64,000 bases of DNA, from contig CALSUG010000005.1 in the NCBI GenBank assembly GCA_943789475.1, positions 90,694-154,693 of the forward strand, given 5' to 3'. Positions 10,179 to 20,075 of this stretch are shown in pieces. The notes under the pieces were generated by a model, which ran no database searches, was not told the DNA's origin, and was given only the letters and a program-made list of their open reading frames with translations. Numbering within the stretch: the first letter of the stretch is position 1; the number at the start of each line of letters is the position of its first letter. Origin of the DNA: an uncultured Alphaproteobacteria bacterium. GTDB taxonomy: Bacteria; Pseudomonadota; Alphaproteobacteria; Micavibrionales; UBA1664. The position numbers and the translations under genes were made by a program.

Positions 10179-10939
10179 TGACCCCTGAAACGCTATCTCA
10201 TTTTACTGAACTTCGTAAGCGCCTGATGTTATGCACGGGGTTTATCTTGATTTTGATGGTTGGGGCATATCAATTTGCCGATCAAATATTATCATTTTTG
10301 ATCGCACCATTGGCGAATGTTATGGGGGATGAAAGCACACAACGGTTGATCTTTACCGATTTGACAGAAGCATTTTTAACCAATATCAAGTTGGCGTTTT
10401 ATACATCATTATTTATTGGGTTGCCGATTATATTAATTCAAGTGTGGTTGTTTGTTGCGCCTGGGTTGTATGACCAAGAAAAGGGTGCATTTATGCCATT
10501 TTTTGCCGCGACACCTGTTTTATTTTTGGCGGGTGCGGCGATGGTTTATTATATCATTATGCCCGCGGCATGGGGGTTCTTCCTTGGTTTTCAAACGGGC
10601 GCGGATGAAACGACATTGCCAATTCAACTTGAGGCTCGTATCGCCGATTACCTATCCCTGATTATCACGCTTATATTCGCATTTGGATTGTGTTTTCAAT
10701 TGCCGGTATTGTTGACGTTGCTAGGACGTGCAGGGTTGGTGACGGCGGATCAATTAGCATCAAAACGTAAATATATGATTATTGTGGCGTTTATCGTGGG
10801 GGCGTTCCTCACACCGCCTGACATTATTTCACAAGTCTTGCTCGCACTACCGATCATGGTGTTATACGAGGTGTCGATTATATTGATACGGATGACGGCT
10901 AAATCACGCGATGAAGAATCGATTGAGGAAGCGCGATAA
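10178..10939 (+). CDS. tatC: twin-arginine translocase subunit TatC
   Basis: 253 aa and 6 TM segments, with HFTELRKRL and [10 protein letters not shown] motifs. ATGA overlap with tatB. Confidence 0.95.
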   Translation: MTPETLSHFTELRKRLMLCTGFILILMVGAYQFADQILSFLIAPLANVMGDESTQRLIFTDLTEAFLTNIKLAFYTSLFIGLPIILIQVWLFVAPGLYDQEKGAFMPFFAATPVLFLAGAAMVYYIIMPAAWGFFLGFQTGADETTLPIQLEARIADYLSLIITLIFAFGLCFQLPVLLTLLGRAGLVTADQLASKRKYMIIVAFIVGAFLTPPDIISQVLLALPIMVLYEVSIILIRMTAKSRDEESIEEAR

Positions 10940-11885
10940 GGTTTTGCGCTATATTGCCTGTGAAATGCGATAGGGATTTGGCGCCTTGGTTTGAATAATC
11001 TTGTGCAACTTTGACTGACTGATTAAACGCATCATATTTTTCCAACAAAGCGATAAAGTCATCAATGTTATCCGCGCTTGGATTTTTAATTGCGGTTTGA
11101 ATTTTTTCTTTATCATCGTCACTTGCATTTTCCATGGCGACAATAACGGGCAGGGTGATTTTACCCTCCATAAAATCATCGCCTTTGTCTTTACCCATTT
11201 TCGGGGATGTGTAATCCATAACGTCATCAACGATTTGAAATGCCATGCCAAGGCAATGTCCGTATGCGGTAAAGGCGGTTGCGTCTTGTCCCATTAATAT
11301 GGGGGCGACCTCGCATGATGCAACGAATAGGGCAGCTGTTTTGGCCTCAATAATTTTAAAATATTGTTCGCGTGTGATGTCCGTATTACCAATGAGAGAC
11401 ATTTGCAACACTTCACCTTCTGTAATAATTGAAGATGCTTTTGCCAATGAATTCAGTGCGTTTATGTTGTTTGTTTCAACCATTAATTCAAATGCGCGTG
11501 CGAATAAAAAATCACCGACAAGGACGCTTGCTTGATTACCAAACACTTCGTTTGCAGCAGCTTGTCCACGACGTTGATCTGATCCATCCACGACATCATC
11601 ATGGAGTAGGGTGGCCGTGTGAATGAATTCAACCGCGGCGGCTAATTTTTTTTGGTTATCACTCTCATTACCACATAATGATGCACAGGCCAATGTGAGG
11701 AGGGGGCGAATGCGTTTCCCGCCCGCGGCGATTAAGTATCCTGCCAATTGAGGGATCATCGGTACATGTGATTGCATGCGATCCAAAATAACCGCGTTCA
11801 CGTCGATCATTTGATCGTGAAGGGTATCACCAATCGATTCTATTGGTGATGTTTCGGCTTTTTCTTGCATGGCGGCGTTTGTCAT
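10899..11885 (-). CDS. ispB: long-chain polyprenyl (octaprenyl-type) diphosphate synthase
   Basis: Two aspartate-rich motifs, [15 protein letters not shown] and [10 protein letters not shown], with 328-aa trans-IPPS architecture. Confidence 0.85.
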   Translation of the reverse strand: MTNAAMQEKAETSPIESIGDTLHDQMIDVNAVILDRMQSHVPMIPQLAGYLIAAGGKRIRPLLTLACASLCGNESDNQKKLAAAVEFIHTATLLHDDVVDGSDQRRGQAAANEVFGNQASVLVGDFLFARAFELMVETNNINALNSLAKASSIITEGEVLQMSLIGNTDITREQYFKIIEAKTAALFVASCEVAPILMGQDATAFTAYGHCLGMAFQIVDDVMDYTSPKMGKDKGDDFMEGKITLPVIVAMENASDDDKEKIQTAIKNPSADNIDDFIALLEKYDAFNQSVKVAQDYSNQGAKSLSHFTGNIAQNLIALPQSILHRVI

Positions 11886-11926
11886 GGTTTAAACATGATG
11901 GAATAGGATTTGAAAAGCAAGACGTT

Positions 11927-12649
11927 ATGAAGGCTGAACACACAACTTTACTGAATGGACGGGTAAAATTGAAGCAATCGCAAGATGGCTTGCGTGCAAG
12001 TATGGATAGCGTGCTTTTGGCATCTGCTCTCACGGTTAAAATTGATGAGCGTGTTTTAGACATGGGTTGCGGAACGGGATCTGTTGGACTGTGTGTGAAT
12101 GCTCGTTTTTGGAATTCCAATATTCTTGTAACGGGAATCGATATTCAGGAAAAAATGATTGATTTGGCGAAAAAAAATGCTCAAATCAACGATCTTTTAG
12201 ATCCTCATTATATTTGTGGAGATGTGGCCGATAAAAATATATTTGAACCTGAAGCCTTCAATCATGTTGTGATGAACCCGCCGTACTATGAGGAGGGAGA
12301 AAGATTGCAGAGCCCTGATCATGCACGAGAAAAAGCATTTACAGGTGATCTTGATGTTTGGATTAAGTCGGCAACACATTGGCTTAAGCACGGGGGAAGC
12401 TTGTCGCTTATTCACCGTGCAGATAAATTGGACGATATTTTGAAATGCCTTTATGGACGATATGGTGCAATTGAAATCTGGCCAATTCATTCAAAGTTGA
12501 AGGAGCCCGCTATCCGTGTAATTGTAAAGGCTGTACGTAATCGCAAAACACCACTTAAAATTCACCCAATGGTATGCTTGTTTAATGAGGAGGGAGAGCA
12601 ATCTGTACAAGCTCAATCCCTCTTGCGAGATGTCGAAGGGTTGGTATAG
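11927..12649 (+). CDS. SAM-dependent N6-adenine methyltransferase (tRNA1-Val m6A37 TrmN6/YfiC-like)
   Basis: SAM motif VLDMGCGTGSVGL and catalytic VMNPPYY. The ATG at 11927 was chosen; the track start at 11843 overlaps the divergent ispB start. Confidence 0.7.
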   Translation: MKAEHTTLLNGRVKLKQSQDGLRASMDSVLLASALTVKIDERVLDMGCGTGSVGLCVNARFWNSNILVTGIDIQEKMIDLAKKNAQINDLLDPHYICGDVADKNIFEPEAFNHVVMNPPYYEEGERLQSPDHAREKAFTGDLDVWIKSATHWLKHGGSLSLIHRADKLDDILKCLYGRYGAIEIWPIHSKLKEPAIRVIVKAVRNRKTPLKIHPMVCLFNEEGEQSVQAQSLLRDVEGLV

Positions 12650-12657
12650 TTATTTTC

Positions 12658-13155
12658 ATGGAAAATAAACGTATTGGAATATACCCAGGAACATATGATC
12701 CGATCACAAAGGGGCATTTGCACATTATTGAGCGCGCCAGTAAGCTGGTGGACAAATTGATCATTGGTGTGGCGGAAAACCCAGGTAAGAATCCATTATT
12801 TAGTCTGTCTGAACGCTTGGAAATGGTTCAGACCGATATTGATAATATGCATGAAAAATATTGTCCTATTGAAGTTGTGAGCTTTAAGAACTTGCTTATC
12901 GATTTTGCGCGCGATCATAATGCACAGGCAATGTTTCGGGGGCTTCGCGCATCATCGGATTTTGAATATGAATTTCAAATGACAGGTATGAATTTTCAAT
13001 TAGCACCAGATATTGAAACAGTATTTTTAATGTCATCTGATAAGTGGCAATTTGTATCCTCCTCCTTTATTAAGGAAATTTCAAAACTAGATGGTGATGT
13101 TAGCGGTTTCGTAACGCCCAATGTTTTGAATCGTTTGCAGGCGAAGCAAGGCTAA
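12658..13155 (+). CDS. coaD: phosphopantetheine adenylyltransferase
   Basis: IGIYPGTYDPITKGHLHII (T/HxGH nucleotidyltransferase motif) and SSSFIKEI; 165 aa. Confidence 0.95.
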   Translation: MENKRIGIYPGTYDPITKGHLHIIERASKLVDKLIIGVAENPGKNPLFSLSERLEMVQTDIDNMHEKYCPIEVVSFKNLLIDFARDHNAQAMFRGLRASSDFEYEFQMTGMNFQLAPDIETVFLMSSDKWQFVSSSFIKEISKLDGDVSGFVTPNVLNRLQAKQG

Positions 13156-13488
13156 TTCGTTTTTTCTTGTTTGTGACAAGAGATTTGCGTGCTGATTTAA
13201 TATCTCGGTCCGAAACTGTATCACCAACCATGCTTAAGCCGCTTAAAATGGCAGCGTACTCTAATGATTGTGGTGTTGTTTGTGTTTTGTTGTACATGGT
13301 TTATTCCTTTCTTGTGTTTGTTGTGAGGGTATATATGACAGGGCAATAGGGCAGAAGAATGTAGGAAACATGGCAATAACAAGGTATTGCTATATATGTT
13401 TTTTGAAAAAAGATAAAAAATAGTGCAATTAGGACTTGAAACGATTGTTATAAAAAGGTTATACAGGGCAATCTTTTTTATCAAAGAT

Positions 13489-13564
13489 GACCGCGTAGCT
13501 CAGCTGGTAGAGCAACTGACTTTTAATCAGTAGGTCCAGGGTTCGAATCCCTGCGCGGTCACCA
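13489..13564 (+). tRNA. tRNA-Lys (anticodon UUU)
   Basis: Hand-folded cloverleaf. Acceptor GACCGCG/CGCGGTC, anticodon stem ACTGA/TCAGT with loop CT-TTT-AA, T-loop GGTTCGAATCC, encoded CCA. Confidence 0.9.
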
Positions 13565-13689
13565 CTCAAATTTTCATATTTTATATATTTGGGTATAACA
13601 GTACATTTTTTCTATAAAATTATTTCACAGTTACATAGTATGAGAATCTAAGTATTATTCTAAACATTAGAATCATGTGAGGATTTATT

Positions 13690-16053
13690 GTGAAAAAACT
13701 ATTATTATCTACGGCGATGGCGACTATTTTGTGTGGTTCAGTTGTTTTAAAAGTATCAGCATCAGATCTCTATAAAAGTTATGATCCTTTAATAGAAAGC
13801 AGCAATAAACCTCGTTTTTATAAAACAGGTAACGTAGAAAATGTAGCTGATATACAATCGTCTACTATAGCTTATCCTTCAAAGACGTTACCGGTACATC
13901 ATTCTCAGATTGAACAACTGCAAAATAATGAAGTTGATGAGTTTGTGAAAGAAACAGTTCATCAGTCAGTTTATAAATCTGTCCAAACCAACACAATGGC
14001 AACGGTTTCTCGTGAACCGTTGCAGGCGCGTGCTGAAGTTAATTTACGCCCAGGAACAGAGAGGTCGTTGGGAATGGTCGAATTATGGGCGCCGTTAGTG
14101 CAAGACCATCAGGCCGGTAAAGTTCTTTATGGTGACTTACGTTTAATGGGTGATCTTGATGATAATAGTGAGTTTAATGCAGGTGTTGGATATCGTGAAA
14201 TAATTCACAATGTTTCTGTATTGGGTGATGGGGTTGCAGGTATTCATGCATGGTTTGATAGTCGTTCTACAGAGCGAGGAAGTAAATTTAATCAGGTAAC
14301 ATTAGGAGGAGAATGGAAAGGGGATAATTTTGATATTCTTGCAAATGGTTATGTGCCGCTATCAGATGATGAGATACATACAGATGCAAATCCAACGGCT
14401 TCAAATTCAGGGTTTGTAGGAACGCAGGTACTTGTTAATACGGCGCAAACTGTTAAAGAAGAACCTTTGGCTGGGGTTGATTTAGAATTTGGATATCGTC
14501 TCCCTATTTTTGAGGATAGCCTAGATGTTATTCGTGCATATGCAGGGGGATTTCACTTTTTGGGGGGGGATGCAGAATCTGTAAGTGGTGGGCGTGTGCG
14601 TTTTCAAGCTGATGTAACAAGTGATATTAGTGTTGGAGCTCGTTATCAGTATGATGATGTGCGTGATGATCAGGCATTTCTTGATGTGACGTTGCGTTTC
14701 CCATGGGGGAATAAGAAAACTTACCAAGATCAAGGATTGTATGCCCGCCTTGATGAAAGCCCAGAGCGTGATATTGATATTGTATCAAATGATGTGGTAA
14801 CGGATAACGGTATTGATAAGACATTGGTTGATGCAACAACAGGGCAGGCAATTAATGTGTATCATGTTGATAATACGGCTGCTGGCGGAGGGGATGGTTC
14901 TGCGGAAACCCCATTTAATACATTAGTTGCGGCGCAGGGGGCTGCTGGCGGAGGGGATGTGATCTATGTTCATCGTGGTGATGGAACGTCTGCGGGACAA
15001 AATGCAGGAATTACTTTGGCAAATGATAGTCAAATTTTGACAGGATCTGGAGTAGATTTCACATTTGATTCTTCTCGATACAGAACCTCGAATGGTAATT
15101 CTATTTCAAATAATGTGATGGTTAGTGCTGGTGCCGCGCCTGTTTTAGCGAATGGAGCAGGAAATGGTATAACAGTTACGGCGGATAATGTTTCTATTTC
15201 AGGTGTTACAATAGATGGTGCAACGGACAATGGTGTTTTTGCACAAAATGTTGATAATTTGAACATTAGTCAGGTTACAAGCAACAATAATACCAATGCA
15301 GGATTCCGTATAGAGGCGGACGCAGCAACAATAAATGAGGCTACGTTCTCAGGTAATACTGCAAATGGTAATGGTGGATCTGGATTTTCAGCAATTGCAG
15401 AAAACGTAGGAACGATTACTGCGGTTAATTATAGTAATAATACAGCGGATAATAATACAATCGGTGGTTTTTTCGCTAGCGCCGATGGTACAGGAAGTTC
15501 TCTGAATGTTGATTACGATGGAAATTCAGCGGATACGAATACAACGCATGGTTTTTATGTGCAATCGATTAATGATGCGGTAGTTGGTGATGCATCTTTT
15601 TCTAACAATACATCCACGAATAATACAGGTAATGGATTTTTTGTTCAGGCTAACCAATCTCGGAGTAGTTTAGAGGTAAGCTTTGATGGTAACACTGCGG
15701 ATACAAATGGTAGTCATGGATTTTATATTAACGCTCTGAATGATGCTAATATTAGTAGGGCTTCACTTTCAGGTAATACTGCAACAAACAATACAGGTCA
15801 TGGTGTTTATATTGATGACGATTCTGCTACGGGAAGTGTGCTTGCTGATTTAGGTGGCGGGAGTTCTTCATCAACTGGTGGAAACATTATATCATCTAAC
15901 ACAGCTACGGATATACGAGTTGATATGGATGGAGCAGAACTTAAGGCAGAAAATAACTGGTGGGGTGTTGTTACAGGACTTGCTGGCGGTGAAACAACCC
16001 TTGATGATGCTTCGACTATTGATACTGATCCGTTTTTAACTACCTCTCCTTAA
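13690..16053 (+). CDS. inverse autotransporter (intimin/invasin-type, T5eSS) adhesin with parallel beta-helix passenger
   Basis: Signal peptide (MKKLLLSTAMATILCGSVVLKVSA). N-terminal barrel-like region with alternating motifs (NAGVGYREI...GIHAWFDSRS...VTLGGEWKGDNFDILANGYVPLS...RFQADV...VGARYQYDD) resembling the IAT beta domain. C-terminal half is built of roughly 22-residue NNTxxxNxGxGF repeats (PbH1-like right-handed beta helix). Confidence 0.6.
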   Translation: MKKLLLSTAMATILCGSVVLKVSASDLYKSYDPLIESSNKPRFYKTGNVENVADIQSSTIAYPSKTLPVHHSQIEQLQNNEVDEFVKETVHQSVYKSVQTNTMATVSREPLQARAEVNLRPGTERSLGMVELWAPLVQDHQAGKVLYGDLRLMGDLDDNSEFNAGVGYREIIHNVSVLGDGVAGIHAWFDSRSTERGSKFNQVTLGGEWKGDNFDILANGYVPLSDDEIHTDANPTASNSGFVGTQVLVNTAQTVKEEPLAGVDLEFGYRLPIFEDSLDVIRAYAGGFHFLGGDAESVSGGRVRFQADVTSDISVGARYQYDDVRDDQAFLDVTLRFPWGNKKTYQDQGLYARLDESPERDIDIVSNDVVTDNGIDKTLVDATTGQAINVYHVDNTAAGGGDGSAETPFNTLVAAQGAAGGGDVIYVHRGDGTSAGQNAGITLANDSQILTGSGVDFTFDSSRYRTSNGNSISNNVMVSAGAAPVLANGAGNGITVTADNVSISGVTIDGATDNGVFAQNVDNLNISQVTSNNNTNAGFRIEADAATINEATFSGNTANGNGGSGFSAIAENVGTITAVNYSNNTADNNTIGGFFASADGTGSSLNVDYDGNSADTNTTHGFYVQSINDAVVGDASFSNNTSTNNTGNGFFVQANQSRSSLEVSFDGNTADTNGSHGFYINALNDANISRASLSGNTATNNTGHGVYIDDDSATGSVLADLGGGSSSSTGGNIISSNTATDIRVDMDGAELKAENNWWGVVTGLAGGETTLDDASTIDTDPFLTTSP
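14562..14569 (+). repeat. G8 homopolymer inside the adhesin ORF
   Basis: tttttGGGGGGGGatgc read directly; currently in frame (HFLGGDA). Confidence 0.9.
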
Positions 16054-16175
16054 ATTACTATAGATATATTTAAGGTTTTTAGAAAAGCAATGTAGTGTAA
16101 TAGTGTTGACTTTCATGAGCTGGAAGGCCTAATGTCCTAATCTTAAATTAAAATATTTAAATAAGAATTTTATAC

Positions 16176-16520
16176 ATGAAACCATTGTTGACAGTATCAG
16201 ATGAAGCAAAAGAATGGCTTGAAGATCGTATTTCAAGTGATGAAGTTATTGGTATTTTCGTCGCTGTAAATTCTAAAGGTTGCGCTGGTGGAGAATATGA
16301 ATTTAAACCAATTACAGCGAATACGGATGTGTCTTACTGTGATAAGGTTGAGGACAATGGGATAAACATCTATTTTCCTCGTACGGATTTATTCAAGCTT
16401 ATTGGATCAGAGTTAATTTTGTTTAAGGATAAGTTCAACACACGATTAGATTTTAAAAACCCAAATGAAGACTCTCGTTGTGGATGTGGGGAATCCGTTT
16501 CGTTTAAAGTTGAACGATAA
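16176..16520 (+). CDS. erpA: HesB/IscA-family iron-sulfur cluster insertion protein
   Basis: 114 aa with GCAGGEYEF and the C-terminal CGCGESVSF cysteine motif typical of the ErpA/IscA A-type carrier. Confidence 0.85.
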   Translation: MKPLLTVSDEAKEWLEDRISSDEVIGIFVAVNSKGCAGGEYEFKPITANTDVSYCDKVEDNGINIYFPRTDLFKLIGSELILFKDKFNTRLDFKNPNEDSRCGCGESVSFKVER

Positions 16521-16522
16521 AT

Positions 16523-16738
16523 TTATTTTTCTTCGTTTTCTTTATGTCGAGAGGATGTAGGACGAGATGAACCATTGATACCAAATTTAGGTGCATTATC
16601 GAGTGTTTTTTGAACACGTAGCCCCAGTTCCTGTGAAATGCGAACCATATGACGATAAGCGTTTGAGGCTTGTTCACGAATTTCTTCAAGGAACTGCTTT
16701 GCTTCTTCGCTAAATTCTTTGCCAGGTTTTTTATCCAT
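16523..16738 (-). CDS. hypothetical small helical protein
   Basis: 71-aa ORF whose start overlaps the stop of the upstream gene by 8 nt. Last gene of a 3-gene overlapping set. Confidence 0.45.
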   Translation of the reverse strand: MDKKPGKEFSEEAKQFLEEIREQASNAYRHMVRISQELGLRVQKTLDNAPKFGINGSSRPTSSRHKENEEK

Positions 16739-17318
16739 GATTTAAATCTCTTTCATAGGCATCAACCAACGCACCGTACCCCATCAACATGAACGCGTCA
16801 ATATATTCAGAATGGTCATGTAATCGACCCATTTCATAGACAATACCTGTTTGCCAGAATAGCTTATCTTCGTGTTTCTGTTCTTCACGGAGAACGTAGG
16901 CATTTTCACTGTTATCAACGCTTAATCTGCGTAAGCGCTGGTCGTATTCTTGCATGGTTTCACGAATTGCACCTGCCATGTGGATTGTAATTTCAGGATC
17001 GCTAATATCCATGTTGGTTCCAACACTAATGAAGACCGCGTTTTTTGATGAGGCATAATCTCGATTTTTACGCCCACGAAGGACGGTAATATCCAAATGA
17101 TGTTCATCAATAAAGCTTAATAAGGCACGTCCCATATCGCAATGTGACAGGTTCGCTAGTGCAATATTAATGATTTCTCGCTCTTGAGGATGGCGGATCA
17201 TACGTTTTTCGGGTGGTTTCTCTTTTTTGAGGAAGCCATTTAATTTTGTGAAGAGATTTACTTTATCTTCAGCTGATTTCTCAAGCATGAGCGGTTCCTC
17301 CAAAATCATGGCTGGCAC
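16731..17318 (-). CDS. hypothetical protein
   Basis: 195-aa ORF with no motif I can name. An alternative start at 17288 (MLEKSAEDK) would cut the overlap with the upstream gene from 38 to 8 nt. Confidence 0.5.
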   Translation of the reverse strand: MPAMILEEPLMLEKSAEDKVNLFTKLNGFLKKEKPPEKRMIRHPQEREIINIALANLSHCDMGRALLSFIDEHHLDITVLRGRKNRDYASSKNAVFISVGTNMDISDPEITIHMAGAIRETMQEYDQRLRRLSVDNSENAYVLREEQKHEDKLFWQTGIVYEMGRLHDHSEYIDAFMLMGYGALVDAYERDLNHG

Positions 17319-17886
17319 TCATGATCATTTCTCGAGGTTGAATATCTAATGAGCCAGAGGGATCAACAATGATCCCTGACTTTAATAAGGTGCCGCCAAA
17401 AAACAAATCCGTAAGAACGATGAAGTTGTTTGTATCTTTATCAATCGCGACTTCAGGATCTTGGTGGCGTTGTTTGAGTTCAATTTGCTGATCAAGGCTT
17501 AATGAATCGAGGAAAGGTAATGTCTCTAAATCTCTAATCATATAAATATCGCCATCTTCACCGTTAATATTGCTGAGATAAAAATCAACATAATCAATAA
17601 CATTTGCTTCTGTGAGATATAAAGATCCTTTGCCGTTGACAATAGAAATTGGAGAAACTGAACCATCAAGCAGATGGTAACTTTCGCCGTCGCTAAGGAA
17701 ATCTAGTGAAAAGCTGGGTAATGTGGCGTAATTTGTAATGCGATAAACCATATAGTCCTGATAAAAAGGAAGTGGTTTAAAATGAGCTTCACTACTGACT
17801 GTTGAAAATAGGTTAGGGTCTGAAACATTTGCAATATGTTCCAGTATGTCTGCTGATTGGTGTCTATCTAATCTATTCCAGTCCAT
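17281..17886 (-). CDS. hypothetical protein
   Basis: 201-aa ORF, first gene of the overlapping trio. No recognisable motif. Confidence 0.5.
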   Translation of the reverse strand: MDWNRLDRHQSADILEHIANVSDPNLFSTVSSEAHFKPLPFYQDYMVYRITNYATLPSFSLDFLSDGESYHLLDGSVSPISIVNGKGSLYLTEANVIDYVDFYLSNINGEDGDIYMIRDLETLPFLDSLSLDQQIELKQRHQDPEVAIDKDTNNFIVLTDLFFGGTLLKSGIIVDPSGSLDIQPREMIMSASHDFGGTAHA

Positions 17887-18043
17887 GAATCACTCAACAG
17901 TTTATGCGTGATATGGCTAAATACAAAGAAAAAAATCACTTTATGCGTAATGGTGTTTTGCGAGTGTTATTTGACAAATAAGTGCCAATATGGTTATATA
18001 AAGATGTTGTTACCTTTATAGGGTTGAGTGCATAAAAATTGCA

Positions 18044-18475
18044 TTGAACCTTACAAAGGAGAAGAAGATGACAAAACAACCACAGACTAAAAAACGTGAA
18101 AAGAAACTATCGTTTCTTAAACTGTTGGCCAAAGGACGTTTTGCCGAGGCCGAGATTTTGTTGACGAATAATCCGCAATTGAAATCCGTTTTATTACACT
18201 TGCCAGGGCTTCGTCATACGAAGTTTTTCAAAGAGCGTATTCGTTTCTATAAAAATTATGCGCGTCACAATAAAATGGCATCTACATTACGAGGTGGTGA
18301 TCGTGATCAATTACGTGATGCATTTGCGCAAAGTCATTGTAAAACACGCGCACTGAAAAAGGCGTGTACTGATTTATTGGATAGCTATGATATTGCAGCC
18401 TTTACAACAAAAATTAGCCGTATTCGTTTTAATCAAATGCTTCGCAGGCGAAGGCAAAGAGCCAATAGGCTTTAA
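18044..18475 (+). CDS. hypothetical highly basic protein
   Basis: 143-aa ORF rich in K/R at both ends (KQPQTKKREKK...RRRRQRANRL). TTG start per track; an internal ATG at 18068 is possible. Confidence 0.4.
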   Translation: MNLTKEKKMTKQPQTKKREKKLSFLKLLAKGRFAEAEILLTNNPQLKSVLLHLPGLRHTKFFKERIRFYKNYARHNKMASTLRGGDRDQLRDAFAQSHCKTRALKKACTDLLDSYDIAAFTTKISRIRFNQMLRRRRQRANRL

Positions 18476-19437
18476 TCATTCGATATCATATCGAATGCAG
18501 GGCGTAATACATCTTCGGCACGTTCAACTTGATGTGCCTTTTCAGAGATAGTCTGTCGCCATTTGCGTGCGCCTTTTACCCCTTGAAACAGATTAATCAT
18601 GTGTTTTGTTACAGTTTTGATTGGTGTGTTATGTTGTTCGTATTGGCCGTTCGCGTAATCTATCATTGACTGGATAATCGTTTCATCATCAATAACCCAA
18701 TCAGGATTATAAAATTCACGTTCAATATCGATGAGAAGGCGAGGGTTATGATATGCCGCACGACCAATCATAAGCCCGTCATAATGGGGGAGGAGGTCGA
18801 CCATTTGTTCAATTGTTGTTATGCCGCCATTTAATTGAATATCTAAATGCGGATATTCCTGTTTAATTGTTTTGACAAGATCGTAATTAAGCGGAGGGAT
18901 GTCTCGGTTTTCTTTGGGACTAAGTCCATTGAGCCAAGCTTTACGCGCGTGAACAATAAATGTGTTACATCCCGATTGTTCAACAGTTGATATAAATGTG
19001 CGGAGCATGGTTTCTTCATCCGCATCATCAATACCAATACGACATTTTACGGTAATGGGGGTGTCAGTGATCGCCTGCATTGCCGTGATGCAATCACGAA
19101 CGGTTTCTTGTTCATTCATTAAACATGCGCCAAATGCACCGCTTTTTACACGATCGGATGGGCATCCGCAATTAATGTTGATTTCGTCATAGGGGTAGGG
19201 GGCGGCGATCTCTACCGCTTGTGCCATCGCCTGAGGATCACTGCCGCCCAATTGTAAAACGACAGGATGTTCTGCATCTTGAAAACGCAAGTGACGATCG
19301 GCGTCACCATGGATCAATGCATTTGCCGTAACCATCTCGGTATATAATGTGACAGAAGGTGCAAGCAAGCGATGAAAATATCGGCAATGCCTGTCTGTCC
19401 AATCCATCATTGGTGCAACGGAAATAATTTTATTCAT
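18472..19437 (-). CDS. dusA: tRNA-dihydrouridine(20/20a) synthase
   Basis: ISVAPMMDWTDRHCRYFHR is the DusA N-terminal signature, with TIM-barrel FMN motifs (INCGCP, VKCRIG). I prefer the start at 19437 (MNKIISVAPMM) over the track start at 19494. Confidence 0.9.
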   Translation of the reverse strand: MNKIISVAPMMDWTDRHCRYFHRLLAPSVTLYTEMVTANALIHGDADRHLRFQDAEHPVVLQLGGSDPQAMAQAVEIAAPYPYDEININCGCPSDRVKSGAFGACLMNEQETVRDCITAMQAITDTPITVKCRIGIDDADEETMLRTFISTVEQSGCNTFIVHARKAWLNGLSPKENRDIPPLNYDLVKTIKQEYPHLDIQLNGGITTIEQMVDLLPHYDGLMIGRAAYHNPRLLIDIEREFYNPDWVIDDETIIQSMIDYANGQYEQHNTPIKTVTKHMINLFQGVKGARKWRQTISEKAHQVERAEDVLRPAFDMISND

Positions 19438-19492
19438 GAATATTGTCATAGCGACTTGGTATCCATTTGTAAAATGCGATATAAAGAGATTC

Positions 19493-19981
19493 ATGAAAAT
19501 TTTGATTATTATTGCTGTTTTGTGTCTTCCTGTTGTGGGACATGCTCAATCGACTGGTGAGGTAACGAAGCTACCAATCCCTCGTTTTGTGTCATTGCGA
19601 GGCGATAAAGTTTATGCACGTACGGGGCCAGGAACGCGTTACCCAGTTAAATGGGTGTATCAACGTAAAAATTTACCTGTTGAGATTGTGAATGAATTTG
19701 ACACATGGCGTAAAGTTCGTGATGTGGATGGGGAGGAAGGGTGGATACATCAGTCATTATTGTCGGGAAAACGATATGTGTCCGTTAATGCAAGTGCGTC
19801 TATACCTCTTTACCAAGATCGTAATGATGCGGCACGCGTTGTTGCCTTGGTTGAATCTGAATCAATTTTTCGTGTAAATGAGTGTGATAATGGGTGGTGT
19901 TTCCTTTCAAAAACAGACTATGAGGGTTGGATTGCCTATAACTCTCTTTGGGGTATTTACGAAGGTGAGCAAATTGAGTAA
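19493..19981 (+). CDS. SH3-like (DUF1058-type) periplasmic protein
   Basis: Signal peptide MKILIIIAVLCLPVVGHA, then LPIPRFVSLRGDKVYARTGPGTRYPVKWVYQRKNLPVEIVNEFDTWRKVRDVDGEEGWIHQSLLS, the alphaproteobacterial bacterial-SH3 pattern. Confidence 0.7.
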   Translation: MKILIIIAVLCLPVVGHAQSTGEVTKLPIPRFVSLRGDKVYARTGPGTRYPVKWVYQRKNLPVEIVNEFDTWRKVRDVDGEEGWIHQSLLSGKRYVSVNASASIPLYQDRNDAARVVALVESESIFRVNECDNGWCFLSKTDYEGWIAYNSLWGIYEGEQIE

Positions 19982-20075
19982 CAATTAAGTATGTTGATTC
20001 ACATCAGTTCTGGTGTGGATGTCTTTGTAAAAATATAACTTTGTCACGTTTCGTGACGTATTCAGGATTAAGATT

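Noticed and set aside
10899-10939. 41-nt convergent overlap of the tatC and ispB 3' ends; considered as a possible frameshift or misassembly
   Set aside because: Both C-termini look native in length and composition, and no alternative frame continues either protein. I treat it as a compact-genome overlap.
13100-13297. 65-aa minus-strand ORF with a decent RBS (AAGGAA) between coaD and tRNA-Lys
   Set aside because: Its last 56 nt would overlap the coaD 3' end convergently, and it shows no recognisable motif. I left it uncalled, though a shorter real small gene cannot be excluded.
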